Source: Nitrospirota bacterium (lineage in GTDB: Bacteria > Nitrospirota > UBA9217). From it: a stretch of DNA of 64,000 bases. Positions 52,758 through 63,600 of this stretch are shown piece after piece. Made by a program: the position numbers and the translations under genes. The number at the start of each line of letters is the position of its first letter. Position 1 is the stretch's first letter. The stretch lies in NCBI GenBank assembly GCA_963749655.1, contig CAVVOB010000018.1, forward strand, positions 32,001 through 96,000, in the 5' to 3' direction. The notes beneath the pieces are model-generated. The model searched no databases, had not been told where the DNA came from, and saw only the letters and a list, made by a program, of their open reading frames with translations.

Positions 52758-52775
52758 GAAACCTCCGGGTGAAAC

Positions 52776-52857
52776 AATTTCGGATTTCGAATTGTAAATT
52801 GCGAATTATGAAGCCCTGAGTTCCCAATCCGCAATCCGAAATCCACAATTCGAAATT
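52776..52857. repeat. palindromic heptamer array between rnfE and rnfA
   Basis: ATTTCGG ATTTCGA ATTGTAA ATTGCGA, spacer, then CCGCAAT CCGAAAT CCACAAT TCGAAAT. Confidence 0.9.
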
Positions 52858-52858
52858 A

Positions 52859-53488
52859 TCAATGTCCTCCGCTGCTCGCTCCGGAGCCGCCGAAGAACTT
52901 GCGGTCTATCCAGTTGAGCCAGCCCATCATAAGGCCCATGGCGAAGAAGCCGCCCGCCGGCATGATCATGATCAAGACCGGTTTTCCCGGCAGGATCTGA
53001 TTGCCCCAGAGTGCCCCTTTGCCGAGGAATTCCCTGAAGATGCCGAGCAGCACAAGGGCCAGCATGAACCCGAGCCCCATGGCTGCGCCGTCGACCAGAG
53101 ACGGAAGAAGTTTGTTCTTGCTCGCGAACATTTCCGCACGGGAAAGAACGATGGCAAAGGCCACGATGAGTACGATATAAAGGCCCATTTCTTTATAGAC
53201 CGCCCGCTGTGTCGCCGCCATCACCTGATCGGTGACCGTGACCCAGGTGGCAATGATGAACATGTACGAGGGGATCCTGACTTTGGGGTTAATGAAATTG
53301 CGCAGGAGCGAGACGGTGCCGTTCACCATGGTCATGACGAAGAGCACCGCGACGCCCATGAGGAAGCCGTTCTTCACTCCGCCCGTGACCGCCACTGCCG
53401 GACAGAGGGAAAGAGCAAGCCTGAAGACCGGGTTTTCCCCGAATACGCCGTTCTTGAAGATGGTCCAGTAATTGACGTTATTACTCAT
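52859..53488 (-). CDS. rnfE: Rnf subunit E
   Basis: ENPVF..LCPAVAVT, VRIP, REFLG, PAGGF. Confidence 0.93.
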   Translation of the reverse strand: MSNNVNYWTIFKNGVFGENPVFRLALSLCPAVAVTGGVKNGFLMGVAVLFVMTMVNGTVSLLRNFINPKVRIPSYMFIIATWVTVTDQVMAATQRAVYKEMGLYIVLIVAFAIVLSRAEMFASKNKLLPSLVDGAAMGLGFMLALVLLGIFREFLGKGALWGNQILPGKPVLIMIMPAGGFFAMGLMMGWLNWIDRKFFGGSGASSGGH

Positions 53489-54071
53489 GATTCACCTCGT
53501 GGGCAGCCGTCTTGAAGCCCGCTCCGTATTTGTCGACGAGCGTCTGCACGGCGTCCTTGATCCCGTTGGTCACGCCGCGGCTCGAAATCGTCGCGCCTGA
53601 AATGGCCTGGATATTTTCCTTGGTTTCCCCTTTGATCAAAACGATCTGTGAAAGGTCCTTGCCCTTGAACTGATCGAGGAAACTCTTTTCCAGGACCTGG
53701 TCGCCCAGGCCGGGGGTTTCATTCATGCTCAGGACCTTCACGTCCTTGATTTTCAAGTCGGGATTGAGAGACACGAGCATCTGGATGAAGCTTGAATATC
53801 CCTTGCCCGCCGTGCTCGCGATATAGGCCACCGGTTTGCCTGATGCCGTCGCCGCGTAATACTCGAAGTTCTTGCTGTGGACGGACCATTTCCCCGAGGG
53901 CTGGATGGGATCGGTCGCATCAGGCGCCATTTCCTTGAGTGCTTCTTCTTTTTCCTTCTTCTCAGCTTTGTATTTGATGGGGGAAGTATATTTGTAGGTT
54001 ATCCCCATGATCAGTCCTGCCCCGATGAAGATCGCCACGAGGCTCAGGGTTATTTTCAGCATTTCCTTCAT
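53481..54071 (-). CDS. rnfG: Rnf subunit G
   Basis: [17 protein letters not shown]-attachment motif. Confidence 0.93.
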   Translation of the reverse strand: MKEMLKITLSLVAIFIGAGLIMGITYKYTSPIKYKAEKKEKEEALKEMAPDATDPIQPSGKWSVHSKNFEYYAATASGKPVAYIASTAGKGYSSFIQMLVSLNPDLKIKDVKVLSMNETPGLGDQVLEKSFLDQFKGKDLSQIVLIKGETKENIQAISGATISSRGVTNGIKDAVQTLVDKYGAGFKTAAHEVNHE

Positions 54072-55100
54072 TTCTTCACCCCCTTGGCCTCGGCTTTGCC
54101 GAAGACGGGACTCCTCATGCCGCGGTCAAGAAGCGGCGCAAAGCAGTTCATGAGAAGGATCGCGAACATCACGCCCTCCGGGTAGCCGCCCTTCAAACGG
54201 ATCAGGACCGTAAGCGCGCCGGCGCAGACGCCGAAAACGATCTGGGCATTGCGGACCGAAGGTCCGGTCACGTAGTCCGTCGCCATGAAGAAGGCGCCCA
54301 GGATCAGGCCGCCGGACATCATATGAAAGATCGGGTCGCCGCGTCATAAGGCCTTCCTTGCCGCCGAACATCCAGGTAAGAATCCCCACAGTCGCAATGA
54401 ACGGCACGGGAATATGCCAGGTGATGTAGCGTTTCATCATGAGAAAAGCAGCGCCGAGAAGAAGTGCTATGACCGACGTCTCGCCCAGGGATCCGGCCCG
54501 GTTCCCGATAAAGAGGTCCTGGTAAAGGGCGGCCTTGGTATGATAGATCTCGAGGAGCTTCGCCATGCCCTCTTCCTTCAAGAGAACCAGGGGCGTCGCC
54601 GTTGTTTTGGCGTCCACGGCCATAAAGGAGGTAACCGGAGCGACGAAGGTCGTCATGATCTTGGCGAAACTGATCAGGACAAAGGCCCGGCCGACGAGGG
54701 CAGGGTTGAAGATATTGAAGCCGAGGCCGCCGAACAGGTGCTTGGCGATCATGATGGCCACGATGGACCCGACGAAAGGAATGTAAAGCGGCGCGTTGGC
54801 CGGCAGGTTCATGGCCAGAAGAAGGCCGGTCAGAAAGGCGCTGCCGTCGGCGAGCGTTATGGGCTTCTTCAGCAGCCACTGCATCCCGGCTTCGGCAAGG
54901 AGCGAAGTCACGATGCAGACGAGGATGACCATGATGGCAGGCATGCCGAAATAGTACACCGACATCAGCGTCGCCGGAAGGAGCGCACCGCTCACGGTCC
55001 ACATGATCTTCGCCGTGCTTTCCGTGTCATGCATGTGGGGACCGATCGAGACGATCAGTTTTGGCTGTTCTTTCACTGCTTCTTTTACCGGTGCTTCCAT
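54068..55100 (-). CDS. rnfD: Rnf subunit D; frameshift near 54340
   Basis: [29 protein letters not shown]; FFMATDYVT and GGYPEG in the second ORF. Confidence 0.92.
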
Positions 55101-55119
55101 GAGAGTCCTTTCTTCAAGG

Positions 55120-55191
55120 CGCATGGGGCATCGAGCACGGCGACGTACTCGACGGCATTTACCCTCTGCGCTCCGCGCTCTGTTCTATGCG
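55120..55191. repeat. palindromic heptamer array between rnfC and rnfD
   Basis: CGCATGG GGCATCG AGCACGG, spacer, then CTCTGCG CTCCGCG CTCTGTT CTATGCG. Confidence 0.7.
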
Positions 55192-55193
55192 TT

Positions 55194-56525
55194 CTAGTTT
55201 TTCTTCTTCGCCAGCTCCCGCTTGGCCTTCTTCACCCACTGAACGATCGGCCGGTTCGCAGGGCAGACAAAGGTGCAGGAGCCGCATTCGAAGCAATCCA
55301 TGAGGTTGTAGTCCTTGGCATCCTGGTAGTGTCCCTTTTCGATGAAGACGCCGATGACGGAGGGCTGCAGTTTCATGGGGCAGGCATCGATGCAGCGCGC
55401 ACAGCGGATGCAGGGTCCGTAGGGTTTCGTGCTCACTTCGCTCTTCGGCAGGACCGTGATGCCCGAAGTGCCTTTGATCACCGGCACGTCGAGGGTATAC
55501 TGGCTCATGCCCATCATGGGGCCGCCGGAGATCACCTTGCCTGCGTCTTCGGTCAGGCCGCCCGCTTCTTCAATGAGCTGGGTAAACGGCGTTCCGATGC
55601 GGGCCAGGAAGTTCTTCGGCTCCTTCACGCCCCGGCCGGTCACGGTCACGTAACGCTCGATGAGCGGCTTGCCGAAGCGCACTGCGCTGTAGATCGCCTC
55701 GGCGGTGCCGACATTCTGCACCACCACACCGACATCCATGGGAAGGCCGCCAGCGGGAACCGTCCTGCCGGCGATGGCCTTGATAAGCATTTTTTCTGCG
55801 CCCTGGGGGTACTTTACCTTGACCGGCCAGACCTTGACGTCCGATCCGGCCGCCGCCTTCGTCATGGCCTCGATCGCATCGGGCTTGTTGGCTTCGATGC
55901 CGATGTAGCCCTTGCTCACATTCAGGATCCGCATCAGGATCTTGAGGCCTTCAACGATTTCCCGGGATTTTTCGAGCATGAGCCGATGGTCCGAGGTGAG
56001 GTACGGCTCGCATTCGGCGCCGTTCAGGATCACGACGTCGATCGGCTTTTCCTTGGGCGGGGAAAGCTTCACATGGGTGGGGAACGTGGCGCCGCCCATG
56101 CCCACGATCCCGGCGTCGGCAACCATCTTCTTCAGTTCCTCGGGGCTCAGGGTCAGATAATCGGAAGTTTCCTTCAGACCCCCGACCCACTCATCCTTGC
56201 CGTCGCTCTCGATCACGATCGACGGAATGTCCATGCCGAGGATGTGCGGGAAGCTGCCGAGGGCGACCACCTTGCCGGATACCGACGCATGGACGGGCGC
56301 GGAAACAAAGCCGGTGGTCTCACCGATCTTTTCTCCTTTTTTTACTTCCTGTCCGATGACGACAAGTGCCTTGGTGGGTGCTCCGATGTGCTGGCTTAAC
56401 GGGATGACTGCTCTTTTGGGGATCGCTGCGGAAACGGTGGGTTTGTGTGCTGTGAGCTGCTTGTTATCAGCAGGATGCACACCTCCGCTGAACGTGTCGT
56501 GTGCTTTTACGGTTGAGGCTTCCAT
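55194..56525 (-). CDS. rnfC: Rnf subunit C
   Basis: QHIGAP, GIVGMGGATFPTHVK, NGAECEPYLT, CIRCARC, CFECGSC. Confidence 0.96.
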   Translation of the reverse strand: MEASTVKAHDTFSGGVHPADNKQLTAHKPTVSAAIPKRAVIPLSQHIGAPTKALVVIGQEVKKGEKIGETTGFVSAPVHASVSGKVVALGSFPHILGMDIPSIVIESDGKDEWVGGLKETSDYLTLSPEELKKMVADAGIVGMGGATFPTHVKLSPPKEKPIDVVILNGAECEPYLTSDHRLMLEKSREIVEGLKILMRILNVSKGYIGIEANKPDAIEAMTKAAAGSDVKVWPVKVKYPQGAEKMLIKAIAGRTVPAGGLPMDVGVVVQNVGTAEAIYSAVRFGKPLIERYVTVTGRGVKEPKNFLARIGTPFTQLIEEAGGLTEDAGKVISGGPMMGMSQYTLDVPVIKGTSGITVLPKSEVSTKPYGPCIRCARCIDACPMKLQPSVIGVFIEKGHYQDAKDYNLMDCFECGSCTFVCPANRPIVQWVKKAKRELAKKKN

Positions 56526-56605
56526 TCTGTCTCACCTGCCATTTTATATGTTATATGTAATGAACTATGAAATTACAGTTTGAGAATTTCTAAAAAGCCG
56601 CACCG

Positions 56606-56634
56606 TTTATAGCAGAATGATCCGGATGTGTCAA
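56606..56634 (-). promoter_or_regulatory. putative rnf promoter
   Basis: TTGACA-17-TATAAA with extended TG. Confidence 0.65.
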
Positions 56635-56940
56635 GTTAATTTTTCCCCGATGACACCGTCGTTCACGCTGTTTGTTACAATTCGAAACACCGGGGAGGTC
56701 GTTTGCCGGGTGCGGATAAAACCGCGGGAACCATAAGCTGGCGAGCACCAACTTCGGCGCAAAAATTTCCTTGTACGCAGAGATGAGAGGCCTTCGGGGT
56801 GAGATCGCCGACTGAACAGTCGGACGGAAATTTTGGCTGCCGCCGATGACGTAAAGCAAGGGACCGCCGGGTTCTGCCTCCAAGAGCGGGTGCAGGACCC
56901 GGCGATCCTCATAAACAACAATCCTGATGCAGAAAAATCC

Positions 56941-57168
56941 TTATGCCACCTGAACGACTTCCTTGACGCTGGGGACTTCCTGTTTCAGCATCTTCTCGAT
57001 GCCCATCTTGAGCGTCATGGTCGACATGGGGCATGACCCGCATGCGCCTTTGAGCCGGACCTTTACGGTTCCGGCGTCGTCAACGCTTACCAGCTCCACA
57101 TCGCCGCCGTCCCGCTGGAGCATGGGCCGCACCTTCTTGAGCGCCTCTTCAACTTGTTCCTTCATCAT
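56941..57168 (-). CDS. Nfu/NifU C-terminal-domain Fe-S carrier
   Basis: [29 protein letters not shown]. Confidence 0.95.
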   Translation of the reverse strand: MMKEQVEEALKKVRPMLQRDGGDVELVSVDDAGTVKVRLKGACGSCPMSTMTLKMGIEKMLKQEVPSVKEVVQVA

Positions 57169-57337
57169 CGTCTCCTTTTTCCACCGGTGAATGCGATAAC
57201 AGCATTATTATACACTTTTGTACCTCCCTTGAACAGGATTTTCTATGATCTGGATCATCCTGCCGGCCCACCATTTCGGTTGACTTACCCGCCTCCTTCT
57301 GCTAAGAATACATCGTTGTGCGGAACACGCAAGCCTG

Positions 57338-57713
57338 ATGATGAACTTACTGCTTATAGGCATGGGCGGCTTCATAGGCGCTATCGCGCGGTACGGGGTC
57401 GCCGTCTGGATCGGCCAGAGATGGGGACGGAGTTTCCCCCTTGGGACCTTCGTTATCAACGTCTCCGGCAGTTTTTTAATCGGCCTCCTGATGACGCTCA
57501 TGACCGAACGGATAATCGAAAACCCGCAATGGCGACTGCTGCTCGTGGTCGGGTTTCTCGGCGCCTATACCACGTTCTCGACCTTTGAATATGAAACGGG
57601 AGCTCTGCTCAGGGACGGAGAATGGCTGCTATGCGCTCCTCAATGTGGTCGGAAGCGTGGTTGTCGGTTTCAGCGCGTTGAAGCTGGGAGAAGTGATCGC
57701 GAAGAGCATATAA
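57338..57713 (+). CDS. crcB: fluoride channel CrcB/Fluc; frameshift near 57630
   Basis: GGFIGAIARY, FPLGT, GFLGAYTTFSTF; the shifted frame ends LKLGEVIAKSI*. Confidence 0.92.
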
Positions 57714-57740
57714 TTCTATCTCGGAGACGGAAAAGAAAGG

Positions 57741-57880
57741 ACACGGTGAGCATCCGCAGATTTCGCAGATGACGCAAATTGAGGGACGCTGGATCCCCGC
57801 TTTCGCGGGGACGACCTCTGTGAAATCTGTGCAATCTGCGGATAAAAAGATTCCAGCTTTACCGTGTTCACCTGTGGTTA
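57741..57880. repeat. nested palindromic 9-mer arrays enclosing a REP-like hairpin
   Basis: CGCAGATTT CGCAGATGA CGCAAAT ... AAATCTGTG CAATCTGCG around CTGGATCCCCGCTTTCGCGGGGACGAC; outer ACACGGTGA/TTACCGTGT pair. Confidence 0.8.
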
Positions 57881-57897
57881 AGAAGAAGGAGAGCTCC

Positions 57898-58236
57898 ATG
57901 GTCAAGAGCGGACCTGCAAAAAAACTGACAATCTATATAGACGAGTCCGACAAACTGCACGGCAGGCCTGTCTATGAGGTCCTGCTGGATATCTTCTATA
58001 AAAGGAAGATCGCCGGTGCGAGCGTGTTTCGCGGTATCGAGGGATACGGGAGCGACGGAGTGTTTCATACGGCGAAGATTCTCGAGCTGTCCACGTCCCT
58101 TCCGGTAAAAATTGAAGTCGTGGACTCCGAAGAGATGATCAACGGTGTCCTGGACGATGTCGCCTCGATCGTCGAAAAAGGTCTCATCGAAGTCAGCGAT
58201 ACAAACGTCATCAAGTGCTGCGAACGGAAGAAGTAG
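57898..58236 (+). CDS. DUF190 (PII-like) protein
   Basis: IYIDESD, AGASVFRGIEGYG, LPVKIEVVD; usual neighbour of crcB. Confidence 0.92.
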   Translation: MVKSGPAKKLTIYIDESDKLHGRPVYEVLLDIFYKRKIAGASVFRGIEGYGSDGVFHTAKILELSTSLPVKIEVVDSEEMINGVLDDVASIVEKGLIEVSDTNVIKCCERKK

Positions 58237-58250
58237 CGTAGAATCCGGAA

Positions 58251-58938
58251 ATGCCCATCCAATCTCTCGACGCCCAGCTGCTCCTTTTCATCAACCATAA
58301 GACGGTGAACGCCCTTTTCGACGTGGTCATGCCCGCGCTGTCGCTCAATGGGTATCTGCTCGTTGCACCGTTCCTGGTCGGTCTGCTTGTGTGGGGTTAC
58401 GCGGAAAAAAATGAACCGGGAAAGAACCGTCTTCCGGACGCGATCGCCTCAATGGTTATCGCCTGTCTTGCGGTGTACCTTGCGGGGCATATCGAACACT
58501 GGCTGAAAGATCTGATCGCACGCGTCCGGCCCTGCCGGGCGCTCGAAGGATGTCCGGCTCATCCTTGCCTGTCCGCGGTCCTATTCCATGCCGTCGGGCC
58601 ACGCATTCAGTTCCTTTGCCTTTGCCTCGCCCCTCTTTTTTCTGAGCCGGAAATTTGTCCCGATCCGATGGCGCATCTATCCTCTTGTCCTTGCCGCGCT
58701 GATCGCTTTCTCGCGGCTCTACCTGGGAGTGCACTATCCGACCGATGTCCTTGCGGGCACAACGTTGGGAGTTGTCGTCGGGCTGGGGCTGTCGTTTCTC
58801 TATGAGATGATGGCGGTGAGGAGTACTCCGGGCAGAAATCTAAATCCGCAAGGTCAAATTTCGGAATTTCTTTCGCTCGCATTCCGTATTCCGCATTCCG
58901 CATTCGTACTCACTCCTTCCACCCATGGTTCCCGATGA
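58251..58938 (+). CDS. PAP2-family phosphatase; frameshift near 58550
   Basis: K..IARVRP, MPSGHA, SRLYLGVHYPTDV. Confidence 0.88.
58879..58905. repeat. heptamer array (ATTCCGC) at the pcm/PAP2 junction
   Basis: GC ATTCCGT ATTCCGC ATTCCGC ATTC. Confidence 0.85.
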
Positions 58939-59569
58939 GCGGAACGAATACGCAGGGGATGCTTTTTGTCGTGGACACGCCTTCTGCCGTCTTGACGATC
59001 TTTGCGAGCGTCTGGGAGTAGCGTTCGCCCACGGGGATCACCATCCTGCCGCCCTCTTTCAGCTGGTCCACCAGAGGTTGAGGCACATCTGGCGATGCTG
59101 CGGTTACGATGATTGCGTCGAAGGGCGCCATCTCCTTCCACCCGTATGTGCCGTCGTAGACCTTGATCGCCACGCTCCGGTACCCGAGCCGGTCGAGATT
59201 CAGCCTGGCGCGGTCCGCAAGGGTCTTGATGCGCTCCACCGTATAGACCTTTTCGCACAGTTCGGCAAGCACCGCTGCCTGGTATCCCGATCCGGTGCCG
59301 ATCTCGAGCACCCGCTCCGGACCGCTGAGCGCCAGGAGTTCGGTCATCGCCGCAACCATGTAAGGCTGCGACATGGTTTGGGACTCGCCGAGGGGCAGCG
59401 CGCTGTCCTGGTATGCCATGCCGCGGATGGCCTCAGGAAGAAATTCGTGCCTCGGCACCTTGCGCATGGCATCGAGGACCCGCGGGTTCCGGATACCCCG
59501 CGCCACGATTTGCTCCTCCACCATGCGACCACGTTCCTTCTCGTAGTTGATCAACAGGCTTTTCTCCAC
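58910..59569 (-). CDS. pcm: protein-L-isoaspartate O-methyltransferase
   Basis: VPRHEF, SQPYMVA, VLEIGTGSGYQ, APFDAIIVTA. Confidence 0.97.
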   Translation of the reverse strand: MEKSLLINYEKERGRMVEEQIVARGIRNPRVLDAMRKVPRHEFLPEAIRGMAYQDSALPLGESQTMSQPYMVAAMTELLALSGPERVLEIGTGSGYQAAVLAELCEKVYTVERIKTLADRARLNLDRLGYRSVAIKVYDGTYGWKEMAPFDAIIVTAASPDVPQPLVDQLKEGGRMVIPVGERYSQTLAKIVKTAEGVSTTKSIPCVFVPLIGNHGWKE

Positions 59570-59672
59570 AGACCATTTTCTCCGACAAGAGCGGAATCAC
59601 GTATTCCGCGCAACGGGCGCCGCCCGATACGTCTCATCATCGTTCGGCGGTGCGTCCTTCCCGACTCAATTC

Positions 59673-60449
59673 TCAATCCCCGCTCCGCTGTTTCACCGGC
59701 TCCTCATAAGTCGTCTTTTCCAGTGACCGTAGGCGGTCAAAAGACGCGTAATCGGTCATGTCGAGATGCAGCGGCGTGATGGAGACATACTTCCGGTCAA
59801 CAGCGTCGAGGTCGGTCCCTTCCTCCCGTTCCCAGTCCGGCTCCCCTCCACCGATCCAGTAGTACTTTTTGCCCCGCGGATCCACGCGCTCCACGGTCAT
59901 CTGATGATAGATCCGCTTGCCCAGCCTGGTGATCACGGTGCCCTGCAGCTCGGAAACCGGAAGGTTCGGAACATTGACATTGAGCAGCGTGCCGCTGGGA
60001 AGCCCCTCTTTCAGGACCTGCGCTGCGATGCGCGCCGCGATCTCGGCAGCCTCGGCGAAACGAAAATCCTCGCGCGCGGAGAGCGACACGGCAAAGGACG
60101 GGATTCCGAGCAGGATGCCTTCGATCGCTCCGGCAACGGTGCCCGAATAGGTCACATCGTCGCCGAGGTTCGGGCCCTTGTTGATGCCCGAAACAACGAG
60201 ACGGGGTGTCTCCTTCAGGAGCCCCTTCACGGCGATGTTCACGCAGTCCGTAGGCGTGCCGTTCACGCTGTACATCGAGTCCTTGAGCTCCTCGATGAGA
60301 AGCGGCCGGTGGAGCGTCATGGAATGGCCCGTAGCGCTGCGCTCGCGGTCCGGAGCGACGATTACCACCTTGTCGAGCTCGCGAAGCCGCTTCGCAAGGA
60401 TCTGGATGCCCGGCGAATAAACGCCGTCATCGTTCGTCACAAGAATCAT
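59673..60449 (-). CDS. surE: 5'/3'-nucleotidase SurE
   Basis: ILVTNDDG, GTPTDCV, SGIN.GPN, YSGTV. Confidence 0.98.
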   Translation of the reverse strand: MILVTNDDGVYSPGIQILAKRLRELDKVVIVAPDRERSATGHSMTLHRPLLIEELKDSMYSVNGTPTDCVNIAVKGLLKETPRLVVSGINKGPNLGDDVTYSGTVAGAIEGILLGIPSFAVSLSAREDFRFAEAAEIAARIAAQVLKEGLPSGTLLNVNVPNLPVSELQGTVITRLGKRIYHQMTVERVDPRGKKYYWIGGGEPDWEREEGTDLDAVDRKYVSITPLHLDMTDYASFDRLRSLEKTTYEEPVKQRSGD

Positions 60450-60600
60450 GATTCAAACCTCTGAATGGGGTTAAGATAAGGTTTCCATGAGGGTTATACA
60501 ATAAAAGCGCCGGGAAAGTAAAGGGGAAAGAAAACGTCACAACGCCGTTCACGGGCGACAAAAGCGCGCATGCAGATCGACACGACGCAGAGTCGGCTTG

Positions 60601-63600
60601 TCAGGACACTGCCGATTTCCGCCTGTCCAGGACGTCCCTGACCTTCCTGAGGAGGTCGCGCGGCGATACCGGTTTCAGCAGGAGATCCGCACCCCGTGCG
60701 AGGAAGCCTTCAGTGAATATTCTATCGGCCGTATACCCGGTCATGAAGACGGCCTTCACGTCGCCCCTGACCTTCTTGATTTCCTCATAGACCTCCCTGC
60801 CGCTTTTTCTGGGCATGACCATGTCCAGGAGAAGGAGTCCAACGCTGTTCCGGTTCTGCGCGAACTTATCGAGCGCCTCCTGGCCGTCCGCCGATTCGAT
60901 GACCCGGTAGCCGAACTCGCTCAGAACGGACGAGGTCAGTTTCCGCAGCGCCTCGTCGTCCTCTGCCACCAGGATGGTTTCAGTCCCCCGGGGGATTTCC
61001 TCTTCGTGAACTTGCGCGAAAGCCGCTCGTTCCTTGTCCGGAGGAGCAACGAGCGGCAGATAGATCCTGAATGTCGTGCCCTTCCCGGGCTCGCTGTACA
61101 CGTTCACATAGCCGTTGTGCTGTTTCACGATCCCGTAGACCATGGCGAGGCCGAGGCCGGTCCCCTTGCCCGGCTCTTTTGTCGTAAAGAACGGTTCGAA
61201 GATCCTTTTTTGCGTCGCTTCATCCATTCCCCTTCCCGTGTCCGCCACGACGATAAGGGCATACCAGCCTTCCTTCCCGTATCCGTGCGCCCTGATGTAG
61301 GACTCATCCAGCCGGATGACATCGGCCTCGATCGTGAATCTGCCGCCGCACTCCATGGCGTCGCGCGCATTGGTGGCCAGATTCATGAAAACCTGCTCCA
61401 GCTGGCTGCTGTCGGCGTGAACGATGAGATGTTCCTTCCTGAGGATCGACTGCAGCTCGATGTCCTCGCTGATGATCCTTCGCAGAAAATTTTCCATGCG
61501 GTGAATGATCTCCACCACGTTGACATCCATGGGGTTGATGATCTGTTTCCGACTGAACGCAAGGAGGCTGTGGGTCAGGTGGGCCGCCCGGTCCGCAGCT
61601 TCGAGCATATGCTGCACATTCATCCTGAGGGGATCGTCGTCCTTCATTTTCATGTGGAGGATATGTCCGTATCCTATGATCGCGGACAGAATATTGTTGA
61701 AGTCATGGGCTATCCCTCCCGCGAGATGGCCGATGGCCTCCATTTTCTGGGCCTGCCGGAGCTGGTCCTCGAGCTTCTTCCTCTCCGTAATGTCCGAGAT
61801 CAGCCCGTCGTAGGAAATGAGAGCTCCGTTTTCATCATACCGCGGCACCGGCGTATTTTTCACCCACCGGAGGTCTCCGGTTTTATGAATGATCCTGTGC
61901 TCAAGGGGGGGGGCCGTTTTTTGCGTAAGAATTTTCTTCGATTGCTCTATGACCGCCTGGCGATCGTCATCATAGACCATCCGGTTCCAGAGATAGGGGT
62001 CCACCTGATAATCCTCGGCCCGATAGCCCGTGACCGCAACGCAGCCGGGACCGTGCGTCGTGGCAACAGGTCTGCCATTCTCGACAGTTACTGTGTAGAT
62101 ATAGTCGGTCACCGATTCGACAAGGTGTTTGAATCGCTGTTCGTTTTCCAGAACCGCTTTTTCCGCTTTCCGCCGTTCAGTGATGTCCCGAAAGATCCCG
62201 AGCAGGTACATGCGCCCGCCGATCGTGACCGGTCGTAGAGTTTACATCTGCGTAGAACATCGATCCGTCTTTTCGTTTAACCGGAAGTTCCGATGCTATA
62301 TCGATTTCCCCGCGAGACTGCTTTTCGAATTGCGAAAAAACGTAAGTCTGCGACTCCGGAGGGTGTATGTCGTTCACGCCGAGATGCATCAACTCTTCAA
62401 AGCTGTATCCCAGCATGTGACAGATTCGTTTATTGCCCGTAAAAAACCTCTTGCTCATGATGTCTGCCAGTAAAATGCCGTCAAGGGCGCTGTCGAATAT
62501 GGCGCGCAGCTGCTCCTCCGAATTTCTGAGGGACTCCTCGGCTTGCTTGCGCTCGGTGACATCGCGCGCAGCGGCAAAGACGCCGATGACCGCTCCGGTC
62601 TCGTCCCGGTAAACGGTGGCATTATACAGCACCGATGCGATCGATCCGTCCTTGTGCCGCAGGTCCAGGGGATAATCGCGAACCGCTCCCTTGCTGAAGG
62701 CCTGCAGGTATCCGGCCCGGGCCTTTTCCGGTTCGGTGAAATACTCCGAAAAATCGGTGCCCACGAGCTCTTTCCTCGACCGGCCCGTCGCCTTTTCGGT
62801 GGCCCTGTTCACGTCGGTGATCTTCCCGTCAGGACCGATCGTCACCAGGGGATCGAGGCTTGCTTCGATCAGACTGCGGTGATAAACACCAGCCAGGCGC
62901 AGTTTTTCCTCCGCCCGTTTTCGCCTGATGATATCCCACATGCCCTCGAGCAGCACGGACACCCGGTATTGATCCGATTCGGTGTAATCCTCCCGTTTGT
63001 TGGCCACGCCCGCGACGGCCACGACACGGCCCTTATCCACGACCGGCACTCCCATGAAGCGCGTAAGGTCGAGATGTCCTTTGGGATAGCCCTTCTTAAA
63101 GGGATTCGGCGCACTATAATCATTGATCATCATCACCTTCTGCTGCCTGATCGGTTCCGCCCAAACGCCGGCCTCTGTAAGCGGGAAGTTCAACGGTTTG
63201 CCGATGGAGCAGGACTCCATGGCCTTTTCGGACCAGAGATGGGCTTCCATATGTCGGTCATCGTCGCTGATGAGCCCGACAAAACCGTTGGCGCTTCCGG
63301 TCAGATTCACGCATTTGTCGACAACGAAGGAAATGATATCGCGGACCGGTGCGATGGACAGTTTCTGGTACAAGTCCAGCATGGCTTTTTGACGGATCAG
63401 GTTGAGCCGGGTCTCCTCCTCGGACTTGAGCCGGTCTGTAATGTCCCGTGCAGCCGCAAAGACGCCCGAGATATTTCCCGTCTCGTCCCGGTACACGGAG
63501 GCATTGTAGAGCACCGGCGTGATCCGTCCGTCCACGTGTTTTATTTCCAGGGGATAATCGCGCACCTGTCCTGTCTGAAACACCCGCTGGTAGCCCTCTT

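Noticed and set aside
54414-56399. Long antisense ORFs (e.g. 54414-56399, 60598-62238, 38141-39649, 7768-9177)
   Set aside because: These are shadow frames of GC-rich genes on the opposite strand, with no motifs.
57190-57340. Fluoride riboswitch upstream of crcB
   Set aside because: Only a CTGATGA-like fragment is present; the GGCGATGG...CGCC 5' element is missing.
11651-62240. Split genes as pseudogenes or programmed frameshifts (caspase, int, addB, addA, rnfD, crcB, PAP2, kinase, and an apparent compensating pair in degP near 44700-44730)
   Set aside because: Small indels are scattered through unrelated, otherwise intact genes, which is most simply explained by long-read consensus error. 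Read-level polishing is needed to confirm.
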